Shown here: piece by piece, positions 37,675 through 48,253 of the stretch
Layout: each line of letters begins with the position of its first letter
How positions within the stretch are numbered: position 1 is the stretch's first letter
NCBI GenBank assembly: GCA_938048455.1
Contig: CALIUY010000022.1
Location: forward strand, 41,815 to 105,814
Origin: an uncultured Desulfobacterales bacterium
Lineage (GTDB): Bacteria; Desulfobacterota; Desulfobacteria; Desulfobacterales; SpSt-501
Length of the DNA: 64,000 nucleotides
Direction of reading: 5' to 3'
Program-made: the position numbers and the translations under genes
The notes under the pieces: generated by a model
The model's database searches: none
Seen by the model: the letters and a program-made list of their open reading frames with translations, nothing else
What the model was told of the DNA's origin: nothing

Positions 37675-39303
37675 TCAGGATCCCGACAGCGGCACGATGC
37701 GGATCACGACGCGGCGATTGCGGTTGCGGCCCTCGAGGGTCTCGTTGGTGTCGACCGGCTGCTCGGCGCCGAAGGCGGAGATCCTCAGCCGCCCGGGGTC
37801 GAGCCCCAAAGCGAGAAGCTGATTGCGGACCGCCATCGCCCGCTTGCCCGACAGGTACATGTTGTAGGCCGGGTCGCCCAGGCCGTCGGAATGCCCTTCC
37901 ACGAGCGCCGCCGTGCCGGGACTGGCGCGGAGCAGGCCCCCCGCCGTGGCGAGGATTTCGCGTGCCCGGGGGGTGAGATCGACGGAGTTCGGCTCGAAGA
38001 GGACGGTGAATTCCTGCAGCACGAAGGCCGGAGAGGGCGGCGAGGGCGCTTCCGGCGCGCCGCGGCGTTCTTCGCCTGCGCTTTCGGGTGCCGCTTTCGG
38101 TGCCGGCGGCTCCAGGGCGATGGCGGGGAGGCGGGAGGGGGGCTCCGTCGCCGCCGCGGCGGGGGATTCGGCTTCCGCCTGCGACCCGGCCGGAGCGGAT
38201 TCCACCGGAAGCGCCGGCGCCGCCTGCAGGGCGGTGCGGTGATCTTTTCCGTCGGGAAGGGACCCGGCGGACGGCTCTTTTCCCCTTCCCCAGAGCGCAA
38301 GCTGCTGGGATACGGCCTCCCCCCAGAAATACCACCCGCCGAAGAGAGCGAGCAAAACCAGCGCGAAAAAGAGGGCGGCTCGGCTCCAGGAGGCGGAGCT
38401 CCGGGATTCTTCCCGGCCGGGGAGCCGGTCTCGCGCCGACGGAGCCGTCGGCTGGCCTCCTGCGGCGTCGTGTTTCCGTCGGCGGCCGGGATCCGCTCCG
38501 ATCGTGATTCCCAGTTCCCGTCCGCATTCGCGCACGATGTCGGCGTCGATGGTCTTCACGCCGCGGATGTAGGCCGTCATCATCGCATGATCGCAGACGA
38601 TGTTGATCAACCGCGGCAGGCCCTTGGCAATCTCCTGCACGGCGCGGGCGGCGGCCGCCGTGAAGATTTCCCCGCGGGCCCCGGCCACACGCAGCCGGTG
38701 CTGGATGTACTGGGCGGTCTCGGCTTCCTCGAGCGCCGGCAGGTGGTAGCTCACCGTGATCCGCTGTCGGACGGCGCGGTTTTCCTCGCGGGCGAGAATG
38801 TCGCGGAACTCGCTTTGCCCGACGAAAAAGATGTTGATCAACACCTTGCCCTCGAGGTCGATGTTGGAGAGCAGCCGGATCTCCTCCAGCAGTTCGTGGT
38901 TCAGCCGTTGGGATTCGTCGATGATCAGCAACACCCGGCGGTATCCCGCGAAGTGCTCGAGCATCAGCCGCTTGAAGCGGGCAAGGAATTCCCCCTTGTT
39001 GCGGAAATCGCGCTCGATGTTCAGCTCCGAGGCCAGAAACTGATAGAAATCCATCAGCCCCATCCCGGGGTCCGGGATGGTGACGATGATCGCGCGGGCC
39101 TTGACCTCTTTTTCGATGGCGCGGATCAGGGCCGTCTTGCCCGTTCCGACCTCGCCGGTGATGAGCAGAAACCCCTTGTTCTCCAGGATGCCGTACTTGA
39201 GCACGGCGAGCCCTTCGCGGTGTTTTTCGCCGAGCCAGAGAAATTCCGGATCGGGGCTGATCTCGAAGGGTTTCTTCGTCAAACCGAAATGATTGCGGTA
39301 CAT
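37675..39303 (-). CDS. ExeA/GspA-like AAA ATPase with TM and C-terminal OmpA-like domain
   Basis: MYRNHFGLTKKPF, GEVGTGKT, IIDESQ, GLPRLIN, then EGHSD...LSGKRA...RNRRV. Confidence 0.87.
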   Translation of the reverse strand: MYRNHFGLTKKPFEISPDPEFLWLGEKHREGLAVLKYGILENKGFLLITGEVGTGKTALIRAIEKEVKARAIIVTIPDPGMGLMDFYQFLASELNIERDFRNKGEFLARFKRLMLEHFAGYRRVLLIIDESQRLNHELLEEIRLLSNIDLEGKVLINIFFVGQSEFRDILAREENRAVRQRITVSYHLPALEEAETAQYIQHRLRVAGARGEIFTAAAARAVQEIAKGLPRLINIVCDHAMMTAYIRGVKTIDADIVRECGRELGITIGADPGRRRKHDAAGGQPTAPSARDRLPGREESRSSASWSRAALFFALVLLALFGGWYFWGEAVSQQLALWGRGKEPSAGSLPDGKDHRTALQAAPALPVESAPAGSQAEAESPAAAATEPPSRLPAIALEPPAPKAAPESAGEERRGAPEAPSPPSPAFVLQEFTVLFEPNSVDLTPRAREILATAGGLLRASPGTAALVEGHSDGLGDPAYNMYLSGKRAMAVRNQLLALGLDPGRLRISAFGAEQPVDTNETLEGRNRNRRVVIRIVPLSGS

Positions 39304-39459
39304 GGATCCGTCCTTCCGGGAGGAAAAGAGATTGCCGCCCTATCGAACCGATTCACCATAGCACCGATCGCCGCCGAAATCCATGCGCGCCGGCTTGACA
39401 GAAGGAGCGGAAAACCATAGATCGAGACCCATTTCCGCCGCGCCAGGAGTCTCGTCCCC

Positions 39460-40722
39460 ATGCCGATGTCGTCGGAGTTCGAAAAACGCCTCTTTCCCGT
39501 TCTCGACCGCATTGCAAACCGTTTCGGGACCCCTTTTCACGTCTACGACGAGGCCGGGATCCGCTCGACCGGCGAGGCGGTGAAGGACGCCTTCCGCGGG
39601 ATCCCCGAGGGCTTTCGCGAGTATTTCGCGGTCAAAGCTCTTCCCAACCCGCGCGTGCTCCAGCTGATGCGCGAGATGGGCTTCGGCTTCGATTGCAGCT
39701 CGGTTCCCGAGCTGCTGCTGTGCCGTTCGATCGGCGCGCGCGGCGAGGACCTGATGTTCACCTCCAACAACACCGCGGTCCACGAATTCGAGGCCGCCCT
39801 CGCCGACGGCGGCTCGATCCTCAACCTGGACGACATCCGGCTGGTGCCCAAGGTCCCGCGTTTCCCCGACCTCATCTCGTTCCGGTACAACCCCGGGCCC
39901 CGGCGTACGGGAAACGAAATCATCGGCAATCCGGTCGAGGCGAAATACGGAGTCGCCCATGACCAGATGGTCGAAGCCTACCGCCGGGCGATCGCGCGCG
40001 GGGCGCGGCGCTTTGGGCTGCACACCATGGTCGTCTCCAACGAGCGCAATTGCCGCTTCATGGTCCAGACCGTGGCCATGCTGCTCGAGCTGATGGCCTG
40101 GATCGCCGGCGAGCTCTCGATCCGCTTCGAATTCATCAACATGGGGGGCGGCCTCGGAATCCCCTACCGGCCGGAAGACGAGCCGCTCGATCTCGCCGCT
40201 TTGGGCGAAGAGGCGACCGCGCTTTTCGACCGTTTCCGCAACCGCCACGGCTGGGCCCCCCGGCTCCTCATGGAAAGCGGCCGTTACATGACCGGTCCCC
40301 ACGGGGTGCTCGTGACCCGCGTGATCAACCGCAAGGAAATCTACCGCACCTACATCGGGGTGGATGCCTGCATGTCGGCCCTGATGCGGCCCGGGATGTA
40401 CGGCGCCTACCACCACATCACCGTTCCCGGAAAACAGGATCTCCCCCCCGCCGGTCCGGTGGACGTGGTCGGCTCGCTCTGCGAGAACAACGACAAGTTC
40501 GCCATCCAACGCGAATTGCCGCCGCTCGAGGAAGGCGATCTCCTTGTGATCCACGACACCGGCGCCCACGGCCACGCCATGGGGTTCAATTACAACGGGC
40601 GGCTGCGCCCCAAGGAGTTGCTGCTGCGCACCGACGGTGCGGTCGAGTTGATCCGCCGGGAGGAGACCGTCGAAGACCATTTCGCCACCCTCCGCTTCCC
40701 GCCCGATGTCTGGAAGCCCTGA
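39460..40722 (+). CDS. lysA: Diaminopimelate decarboxylase
   Basis: FAVKALPN, INMGGG, ESGR, GSLCENND, GAHGHAMGFNYN. Confidence 0.9.
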   Translation: MPMSSEFEKRLFPVLDRIANRFGTPFHVYDEAGIRSTGEAVKDAFRGIPEGFREYFAVKALPNPRVLQLMREMGFGFDCSSVPELLLCRSIGARGEDLMFTSNNTAVHEFEAALADGGSILNLDDIRLVPKVPRFPDLISFRYNPGPRRTGNEIIGNPVEAKYGVAHDQMVEAYRRAIARGARRFGLHTMVVSNERNCRFMVQTVAMLLELMAWIAGELSIRFEFINMGGGLGIPYRPEDEPLDLAALGEEATALFDRFRNRHGWAPRLLMESGRYMTGPHGVLVTRVINRKEIYRTYIGVDACMSALMRPGMYGAYHHITVPGKQDLPPAGPVDVVGSLCENNDKFAIQRELPPLEEGDLLVIHDTGAHGHAMGFNYNGRLRPKELLLRTDGAVELIRREETVEDHFATLRFPPDVWKP

Positions 40723-42031
40723 GGTGTACTCGTCCGGGGGATCGGCGTCCGGCCCGGCCGCGGCCGGGCCGGACGATTCGGAGGGCCGTCCCGGACCGCG
40801 GGGCGGGGTTTTCCTCCGCGTCCTCCTCCCCTTCGCTCTCGCCTATTTTCTCTCCTACCTTTTCCGCGTGGTGAATGCGGTCATCGCGCCGGATCTGGTC
40901 ACGGATCTGGGGATCGGACCCGCTGATCTGGGGTTGCTCACCGCCGCCTATTTCATCTCCTTTGCGGCCTTCCAGCTGCCGCTGGGGATCCTGCTCGACC
41001 GTTTCGGCCCGCGGCGCGTCGAGGGACTGCTGCTTCTGCTTGCCGCCGGAGGAGCCGTGCTTTTCGCCCGGGCCGAGGGGCTCTGGGGACTCGTTCTCGG
41101 CCGCGCCGGGATCGGCCTGGGGGTCGCGGCCGGCTACATGGCGGCGATCAAGGCCTACACCCTCTGGTTTCCTGCGGCTTCCTGGCCGCGGATCAACGGC
41201 CTGCATCTCGCCGCAGGCGGGCTGGGGGCGCTGTCGGCGACGGTGCCGGTCGAGGCGGCGCTCCGCGTCGCCGACTGGCGGGGCGTTTTTTTAGGCCTTT
41301 CGGCCTTGAGCCTCGCCGTGGCCGTCGTCATCTGGAGCGCGGTCCCCGAAAAGCGGCCTGCATCCCCGCCGGAGGCGCTCTCCCGGCCTTGGCGCGGCAT
41401 CCGGGAGGTCTTCGGCAGTCCCCGCTTCTGGCGCATCGCCCCTTTTACCGTCGCCTCGCAGGTCGCCTTCATGGCGGTGCACGGACTCTGGTCGGGTCCA
41501 TGGCTGCGGGACGTGGCCGGGCTCGACCGCCCGGCGGCGGCCGCGGTGCTTTTCTGGACGGCGGCCGCGATGACGGCCGGCTATGTGGGCATCGGCTGGG
41601 TGACGGAGCGCCTGGGACGCGCCGGAGTCGCCCCCCTCACCACCGGAGTCTGGGGGATGGCGCTCTTTATGCTCGTGCAGGGGCTTCTGATTTTCGCCCC
41701 CCCGGGCTGGGCGCCCGTCCTCTGGGCACTTTTCGGCTTCATCGGGACGGCGGGAGTGATTCCTTACCCGGCGCTGGCGATGCAGTTTGCGCCGGCACTC
41801 GCCGGCCGGGTGAGCACCGGGCTCAATGTGCTCGTTTTTGTCGCCACCTTCGCCGCCCAGTGGGGGATCGGGGCCGTGATCGCGCTTTTCCCGCCGGATG
41901 TGCCCGGCAGGTATGCTCCCGCAGGCTACCGGGCGAGTCTGCTGCTGCTGCTTTTTTTCCAGGGCCTCGGACTTTTGTGGTATGCCGTCTCCCCCGCCGG
42001 CCGGGCGGACAAGAAAAGAGAAAAGCGATAG
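40706..42031 (+). CDS. MFS transporter
   Basis: About 12 TM, GILLDRFGPRR motif A. Start uncertain (40706 or 40724). Confidence 0.88.
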   Translation: MSGSPEVYSSGGSASGPAAAGPDDSEGRPGPRGGVFLRVLLPFALAYFLSYLFRVVNAVIAPDLVTDLGIGPADLGLLTAAYFISFAAFQLPLGILLDRFGPRRVEGLLLLLAAGGAVLFARAEGLWGLVLGRAGIGLGVAAGYMAAIKAYTLWFPAASWPRINGLHLAAGGLGALSATVPVEAALRVADWRGVFLGLSALSLAVAVVIWSAVPEKRPASPPEALSRPWRGIREVFGSPRFWRIAPFTVASQVAFMAVHGLWSGPWLRDVAGLDRPAAAAVLFWTAAAMTAGYVGIGWVTERLGRAGVAPLTTGVWGMALFMLVQGLLIFAPPGWAPVLWALFGFIGTAGVIPYPALAMQFAPALAGRVSTGLNVLVFVATFAAQWGIGAVIALFPPDVPGRYAPAGYRASLLLLLFFQGLGLLWYAVSPAGRADKKREKR

Positions 42032-42037
42032 GTCTTC

Positions 42038-44851
42038 TCAGCGATTCGAGGAGGGGCCGAACTCGCCGAAGAAATCCCGGCGGATCCAGAAGGCGTTCTG
42101 GGGCTCGAAGAAGACCTGAATCCCCGCTCCCACCATCCACTCCGTCCAGTCGCCGCTTGCGCCGAAAGAGAAGAGGCCTCCCAGGGCCACGAACGGGGTG
42201 AGCTGTTTCATGCCCTGGACCCGGACGGAGGCCCCGATGCGGTGATCGCTGCCGCCGTCGTAGGTTCCGTTCGCCTCTGGATCGTCATCGAGGGGGTAGC
42301 GGCGGCTTTGATGGCGCCGCTGGTGGAGCCAGCCGGCGGAAAGCTGAAGATCGATCCAGAAATCGCGGCAGGCGGCGGTGCGCAGTCGGCCGAAGGGACC
42401 GACGATCGAAAAGAACTGCGGGCTGTAGTATCCGCCGTGGCCGAAGGTGTAAAAATCGCTGTTGCGGCGGAAATGGGCGAGACGGAGAAAGGCCCCGTAG
42501 CTCCACTCGTCGCCCTCCACGAGATGGGTGCGGCCCACGGCGATTCCGCCGCGCAGCGCCTGGTTTTCGATCACGTTTTTCCCCTCGTAATGGTCGAAGC
42601 CGGCGTTCAGGGCCAGCCAGCCGATGCCCTCGAAGGGGAAGGTCTTGCCTGCTTCCGCCCCCAGACGCGTTACCCGGCCCCAGGAGGCCCGGCTGTAGGG
42701 GTCCTTCTGCCCCACCCAGGAGAGGATCGAATCCCGCACGCTGAGCCGATGGGCCTCGAGGAACCCCGCTTCGGAACCGAGGCGGGCGGAGAAGGTCGGC
42801 TCGGCGGTCACCGGACCGCCGAGCGGGGTGGTCCCCAGGTGCAGCGCCACGGGGATGCGGCCTTCGAGTTCCAGGCCCGCGTCGGGTTGGAAGACGAGGA
42901 GGTCGTCTTCCCAGCGCTCCCGTCGGAGTCTGTCTTTCCGGTAGTCTCTTCCCACAGGGGGGGAATCCTTGGCCTCATTCCCCCGGAGCAGGCGCGGGGT
43001 GAGGGTGAGCGAGGCGGTGCGCCCCAGGCCCACGGCATGGAAGGCGGAGAGCGGAAAAGAGGTTTCCTCGAGGTCGCCGTAGCGGCCGCGGGTGTCGCGG
43101 CTGCGGTGCAGGCCGAAGACTTCGGCGCGCGGCGAGAAAGCATTGCGGTAGCAGCGGGTCTCGTCGGAGTCGAGCTGGGAGGCGGTGACGGGGAGCCCCT
43201 GCGCGAAAAAGAAAGGCGCCGCCGCGGCGGCGACCGCGGGCTCGGGGCTGCGCGCGGCGCGGCAGGCGAGATCCCAGGCGGAATCCTCCGCTTCCGACGC
43301 CCGGAAGTGATCGAGCAGGCCGGAGACGAGGGCGGGCGAGGGGTCGGTCAGGGCCTGCGCCTTCAAGCGCTCGAGCTCCCCGGCCTCCGGACCCTTGCGG
43401 AGCAGCGCGCGCGCGAGGTTGTCTGCGGCGGCGCGGTCCTGCGGATCGATTTGCAAAAGCGCCTCGTAGGCGGCGGCCGCATCCCGCCAGCGGCCCTCGG
43501 CCATCGCCCGGTCCGCCTGGCGCCTGAGCGCCGTCCGTCGCAGGGAGCGGATCTCCTCGTCTTCGGGTATCGCCCCGGAAGCGAAGGGCTCGAGCGCCTG
43601 GTCCTCGCGGCCGGCTTGCAGGCGCGCCCAGCCCGTTCCCAGCGCCGCGTCGCGGTTTTGCGGGTCGGCTTCCCGCAGGCGGCCGAAGAGCCGCTCGGCC
43701 GTTTCCGCTTCGCCGCGGCGGAGATGTTCCCAGGCGAGAACGGCGATCGCTTCGGCGTCGTCCGGCCGCCGGGCGAGAATTTCCGCCGCCGTTTCCGACC
43801 GCGCAGCGGAGTCCTTGGGCAGACGGGCGAGCCTTTGCCGGAGAAGGGCGACTTCGAGGTCTTCGAGCCGTCGGGCGGGCTCCGGAGCGAGCAGCGCCCG
43901 CTGGGTCGCCAGGAGGGAAAGCGCCTCTTCCTCCGGGCCGGAGGCGGCGAGCCCGGCGAGGATGCCCAGTCGCAGTTCCGGGTCGAGAGGGCAGGCGAGC
44001 AGACGGCGCTCCAGTTGCGCCGCGGCCTCCGCTGCGTCGGCCTGGGCGAGGAGGCGTGCGAGCCGATGAAACCGATCGGGACGGATGCAGCGCGCCAGGG
44101 TTTCCTGCTCGGAGTCAAGGATTTCCCTGAGCTTCTGCAAGGCCGGGTCGGCGGGAAGGGAGCCGATCCGGTCCGCAAGACGGGCTTCGAGGAGCCTTCG
44201 CAGGGCCGCTTCGCGCTCGCGGACCGGCAGGCGCTCGATTTCCGCGCGCGCGGCCGGGTAGCGGCCTTCGGCGATGAGCAGATCGATCAGGGCTCGGCGC
44301 ACTTCCGACACCCGATGGCCCTCGCGCAGCAGCCGCTCGAAGTGCGGGAGCGCCTCCCGCCGTCGTCCCTGGCGGAGCAGGCTGTAGGCGAGTCCCAGGC
44401 GGGCCTCCCGGGCCCGGGCGGGATCGGAGAGCTCGAGCTGCGAGCGAAAGAGTGCTGCGGCCTCGGCCAGACGCCCCTGTCGATAGAGGGACCAGGCCCG
44501 CGCGAGCGGGGAAGGGGAGGGGGCGGCGGGCGGAAGCAATTCGCGCGGCGCATCGGGGGGAAAGCCGGAGTCCCAGCCTTTCAAGCGTAGCGCATCCTCG
44601 GGGGAGGTATAGAACCAGTCCGGAGGTTCCCACTCGACTTCCATCTCGTGGGGACGGGCTTCCACGCGGCCGGGGGCGACGCGCTGCAAGGTCTCGACGC
44701 CCGAAGCGGGGCTATCCCGGCGGACGGCCGGGGGGGCCTCGGGGGCGATCGGCCGCTCGCCGGCGGCGCCCGTCTCGGGGCGGAGCAGGGCAAAGACGGC
44801 GCCGAGCAGGCAAAGCAGGAGGCATCCCGCGACGAGCCGGATCATGGCCAA
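42038..44851 (-). CDS. bcsC: BcsC-like TPR plus outer-membrane porin (cellulose export)
   Basis: Signal peptide, many TPR helices, C-terminal VRDSILSWVG..DP...WGRV and YTFGHGGYYSPQ motifs. Confidence 0.75.
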   Translation of the reverse strand: MAMIRLVAGCLLLCLLGAVFALLRPETGAAGERPIAPEAPPAVRRDSPASGVETLQRVAPGRVEARPHEMEVEWEPPDWFYTSPEDALRLKGWDSGFPPDAPRELLPPAAPSPSPLARAWSLYRQGRLAEAAALFRSQLELSDPARAREARLGLAYSLLRQGRRREALPHFERLLREGHRVSEVRRALIDLLIAEGRYPAARAEIERLPVREREAALRRLLEARLADRIGSLPADPALQKLREILDSEQETLARCIRPDRFHRLARLLAQADAAEAAAQLERRLLACPLDPELRLGILAGLAASGPEEEALSLLATQRALLAPEPARRLEDLEVALLRQRLARLPKDSAARSETAAEILARRPDDAEAIAVLAWEHLRRGEAETAERLFGRLREADPQNRDAALGTGWARLQAGREDQALEPFASGAIPEDEEIRSLRRTALRRQADRAMAEGRWRDAAAAYEALLQIDPQDRAAADNLARALLRKGPEAGELERLKAQALTDPSPALVSGLLDHFRASEAEDSAWDLACRAARSPEPAVAAAAAPFFFAQGLPVTASQLDSDETRCYRNAFSPRAEVFGLHRSRDTRGRYGDLEETSFPLSAFHAVGLGRTASLTLTPRLLRGNEAKDSPPVGRDYRKDRLRRERWEDDLLVFQPDAGLELEGRIPVALHLGTTPLGGPVTAEPTFSARLGSEAGFLEAHRLSVRDSILSWVGQKDPYSRASWGRVTRLGAEAGKTFPFEGIGWLALNAGFDHYEGKNVIENQALRGGIAVGRTHLVEGDEWSYGAFLRLAHFRRNSDFYTFGHGGYYSPQFFSIVGPFGRLRTAACRDFWIDLQLSAGWLHQRRHQSRRYPLDDDPEANGTYDGGSDHRIGASVRVQGMKQLTPFVALGGLFSFGASGDWTEWMVGAGIQVFFEPQNAFWIRRDFFGEFGPSSNR

Positions 44852-45912
44852 CGCAGCCCCCTTCGGCCCGACCCCGCCGTCGCCAAGAGAAAAAGCGCGT
44901 TCGAGTAATAATCGTCCGTCTCGGACGCGATCTTCACCCGGCCGCGCTCGAGCAGCCTCCGCGCGAGATCCCCCTTTCCCCGTCGCTCCGCCGCAAGCGC
45001 AAAGACAGCGTGAAAGCCCGCCGCCGCTTCGCCGGTCGAAACCGTATGCTCAACGAGGTTCACCCTTGCGGGAAGGTAGCCCGAGCGTTCCACCCAGGCG
45101 AGAAAAGGACCGAAAAGGGGCAGGGGCTCCTCCAGGCCGGATTCGTAGAGCGGAAGACGGGCCGCCTCATAACCGAAGAAAGGGCCGCGTTCGGCCGAAA
45201 GGCGCGGCTGCTCCGGCTCGACAACGACCCAGTCCGGGGGAAGGGCGAAGGGGTTATCCGCGGCTTCCCGAAGCAAGCTTCGCGCATCCTCGAGGATCCG
45301 GCTCCAGAAGGCCGTCTCCTCGGCGGCGGCGAAAGCCCGGTAGGCCGGGAATACGGCATAGCCGGTGTTGAAAAGGAGGCGCTCCTGGACGGCGAAGCCG
45401 TAATAGCCCGGAGCGATCAGACGCCGCTTGCCGGCCGGGAAGGCCAGGTGCAATCGGATGTCCCGGACCACGGCGAGGGCCTTTTCGCGATACGGCGGAT
45501 GATTCCATTCCGCGGCGGCGCCGAGCAAGGCCGAGGCGATCAGCAGATCGCCGTCGCTGGCGTTGTTGTAATCGATGACGTTCCAGGATCCGTTCGGCCT
45601 GCGACCCCACGACCAGGCGAACAGCGCGTCTTTGCGTACCTGCAGGTTGTCGACCGTCCAGCGCAGGAGGCGGTCGAAGGCGGGACGGTCGCCGTGGAGC
45701 AGGGCGAGCCATAGGCCGTAGCCTTGACCTTCGGAATGACTGGCGTCCTGCTGTCCGGGGTCGATTACCCGGCCGTCGGCGGAAACGAACCGCTCGAGAA
45801 ACCTTCCCCACTCGGCACAACCGGCCGGGGACCCCCAAAGAAACGCCAGCCCGAGCAAAGCGCCGCAAGCGGCCTGAAAGAGTGCGGGCGGGGCGGCCGG
45901 GGGTATGCGCAT
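44842..45912 (-). CDS. bcsZ: GH8 endoglucanase (BcsZ-like)
   Basis: DGRVID, SEGQGYG, NNASDGDLLIA, DYY C-terminus. Confidence 0.88.
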   Translation of the reverse strand: MRIPPAAPPALFQAACGALLGLAFLWGSPAGCAEWGRFLERFVSADGRVIDPGQQDASHSEGQGYGLWLALLHGDRPAFDRLLRWTVDNLQVRKDALFAWSWGRRPNGSWNVIDYNNASDGDLLIASALLGAAAEWNHPPYREKALAVVRDIRLHLAFPAGKRRLIAPGYYGFAVQERLLFNTGYAVFPAYRAFAAAEETAFWSRILEDARSLLREAADNPFALPPDWVVVEPEQPRLSAERGPFFGYEAARLPLYESGLEEPLPLFGPFLAWVERSGYLPARVNLVEHTVSTGEAAAGFHAVFALAAERRGKGDLARRLLERGRVKIASETDDYYSNALFLLATAGSGRRGLRWP

Positions 45913-45916
45913 GGCC

Positions 45917-48187
45917 TCATTCCGCTGCCCCGGGCTGCAGCCTCCGGCGCCGGTGTCCCCGGATCAGACGGACGAGAAGGATGCACAGGATCAAAAGCAG
46001 CGCGAGCAGGATTCCCAGGGCGAGCAGGGGATGCGTATTGATGAAGTTCTGCAGCGCCGGCATTCTTCCGGGAACCCCGATGAAGTAAGTCGGCCCCAGC
46101 GTGAAGGCGAGCGTTTCGGGGCGCGGAGCGTCGAGACGCAGGAGCACGAGATCCCCCTGGACGGCCGCCTGGACCGAGGGTTCCCAAAGGATGCGCCCCA
46201 GCCGGGCCAGGCCGGCGGCGTCATCGCTCGCCAGCAGGGTGACGGTGCGGCCGGCGGCGTTCGGGTGCTGGAATTGCATCATCGCCCCGCGGCCTGCGCC
46301 CAAAGCCCCGGCGAGGTCGACCTGCACCGGGTGGTGGGTGGTTGCGTCCGAGGAGTGAAAGGGTGCCGAGGCCTGGGGCCGCGGCGGTCGGGACCAGAAG
46401 TCGACCGGCTCGGAAACATGGGGCCGGGGTCGGGGTTGCAGGGGAAAGGTGAGGCGCATCGGGTCCAGGCAGCGCAAGGGGGCGGCGGCCAGAAGCGGGT
46501 CGGGAATCGAGGAAAGCGGGCCGACGACCAGCAGATCCCGGTCCGCGGGGATCGCCTCGGGAGCGATCGTCCAGCCTGCGGCGAAAGGCGGATAGCCCAG
46601 TTTCTGAGCGCAGATCGCGACGGCGTTCACGGCGGCCTCGGCCGCCGCAGGGGTCTTTTCCGTCAGAACCACGGCGGCTTCTCTCAGGTCGGGCCAGCGT
46701 CCGAGCGGGAAGGCGTCCTGGAAGAAGAGATCCAGGCGCGGCATGCGGCTCCAGAAGGGCGCCTCGGGGAGGATGACGGCGGAGTCGTCGAACACGGTCA
46801 ACCGCAGGTTTTCGGTCTGGATGAGCGTGCACTTGTCGGTGTGCAGCGGGGTCAGCTCCGCCTTGAGGCTCAAACGATTCAGGCCGCTCTTGAAGGAGGA
46901 GAAGGGGATGTCGATGCGGTAGCCCTTGAAATAGTCTCCCTTCGGGTTGTCCAGGCGCACGGCGGAGATGAATTTCCCGTTGAGCAGGATGTTGAGCACC
47001 GAGTCCGAGCGCATGGCGGCGTCGTAGGCCATATGCAGGATGACGCTCACGAAAGCGTTGGCGGCGAGATGCAGCCCGGCGGGCAGCCGCAGCTCCAGAT
47101 CGAGAGGAGGCGGGGAGATGTGCAGAAACTCCGTGGTGGGTTTTCCGAGGCTGGCGAAGGTGTAGGTCTTGCCGGGAGAGAGGCCGCGTTGGACGCTGTG
47201 CTCTTCCACTTCGGGCAGACGCACGGCCTCGATGCGGGTTGAGGCCGTGTCGGGAAGCGGATAGGAAAGCGAGGCGAAGGCGCGGCAGGCGGTCTCGAGC
47301 TCCGGGGCGGTTGCCCCGGTCACCAGGACCAGGGCATGGGCCGGGTCGAAGGCGATGGGCGTCTCCCCCGGTCTCGGCTCCGGCCGGAGCTCCGGAAGGT
47401 GCTCGACCCGGATCTCCGCTCCGGAGGCAGAAGCGGTCCTCGCCGCCTGCGGCAACCGCGAGGCGAGCTCATGCCGCAGGCCGATCACGATGTTGTCGAC
47501 GCCGGGCCGGAGGCTTGCGCCGAGGGTGATCTGCGGCGCACGGTAAGCGTAGCGCAGGGCGATGCCGGAGGCCACGACCGAGGCCGCCCGGAGGGAGGCG
47601 GGGGTGAGTTCGGGAACCACCAGGTGGACGCGGGTGTCGAAAGCGTTTCGCGGGTCGAAGAGAAAATCGGCGATGGCCGATACGCGAAGCGGCACCGGGT
47701 TCGGCTCCAGCTCGAAGAAGATCTGAGCCTCCTCCAGGTTGAGCCACGTCCACAGCTCGGGAGCGAAGGGATCCTCGCATTCCTCTTCGGTGTAGTGCTG
47801 CGCGACCCAGAAAGTGCACTCGTTGTACCCCGGAAGCAAAAGCTCCGGCGGCAGCGGCACGGTGACCTCCCCTTCCGGGGTGTCGGGGTTGAGGCGGACC
47901 TGGGCGAGCGGCCGCTCCTGCAGGGTGAAAACCAAACGCGAGATCCGGGCGATGAGCGCCGAGGAGTTGACATAGGAAAACCGCAGCAGGGCCCGGCGCA
48001 CCTTCCAGCGCTCGGGGATCGGCAAGCGGAAGGAAAAGCGGTCCGTTGCGCCGCGAAGCTGCTGGTTTTGCACGGGAGCGATCTCCGGCAAGGGCACGCG
48101 CACGGTGACGGCGGCCTCCGCAGAGAAGAACGCCGCCCCGAAACCGCACATGGACAAGATCACCCCCACCGCCAGCCGCGATTTCAT
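45917..48187 (-). CDS. bcsB: Cellulose synthase periplasmic subunit BcsB-like
   Basis: Signal peptide, duplicated domains with CEDPFAPELW and DKC...VFDDS, single C-terminal TM anchor, 756 aa. Confidence 0.8.
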   Translation of the reverse strand: MKSRLAVGVILSMCGFGAAFFSAEAAVTVRVPLPEIAPVQNQQLRGATDRFSFRLPIPERWKVRRALLRFSYVNSSALIARISRLVFTLQERPLAQVRLNPDTPEGEVTVPLPPELLLPGYNECTFWVAQHYTEEECEDPFAPELWTWLNLEEAQIFFELEPNPVPLRVSAIADFLFDPRNAFDTRVHLVVPELTPASLRAASVVASGIALRYAYRAPQITLGASLRPGVDNIVIGLRHELASRLPQAARTASASGAEIRVEHLPELRPEPRPGETPIAFDPAHALVLVTGATAPELETACRAFASLSYPLPDTASTRIEAVRLPEVEEHSVQRGLSPGKTYTFASLGKPTTEFLHISPPPLDLELRLPAGLHLAANAFVSVILHMAYDAAMRSDSVLNILLNGKFISAVRLDNPKGDYFKGYRIDIPFSSFKSGLNRLSLKAELTPLHTDKCTLIQTENLRLTVFDDSAVILPEAPFWSRMPRLDLFFQDAFPLGRWPDLREAAVVLTEKTPAAAEAAVNAVAICAQKLGYPPFAAGWTIAPEAIPADRDLLVVGPLSSIPDPLLAAAPLRCLDPMRLTFPLQPRPRPHVSEPVDFWSRPPRPQASAPFHSSDATTHHPVQVDLAGALGAGRGAMMQFQHPNAAGRTVTLLASDDAAGLARLGRILWEPSVQAAVQGDLVLLRLDAPRPETLAFTLGPTYFIGVPGRMPALQNFINTHPLLALGILLALLLILCILLVRLIRGHRRRRLQPGAAE

Positions 48188-48253
48188 GAGCTGCTTCGAC
48201 CGCCTTTCCGAGAACCCGAATTCCCCGATTCCTGAATGCCTCTGAAAATACGT

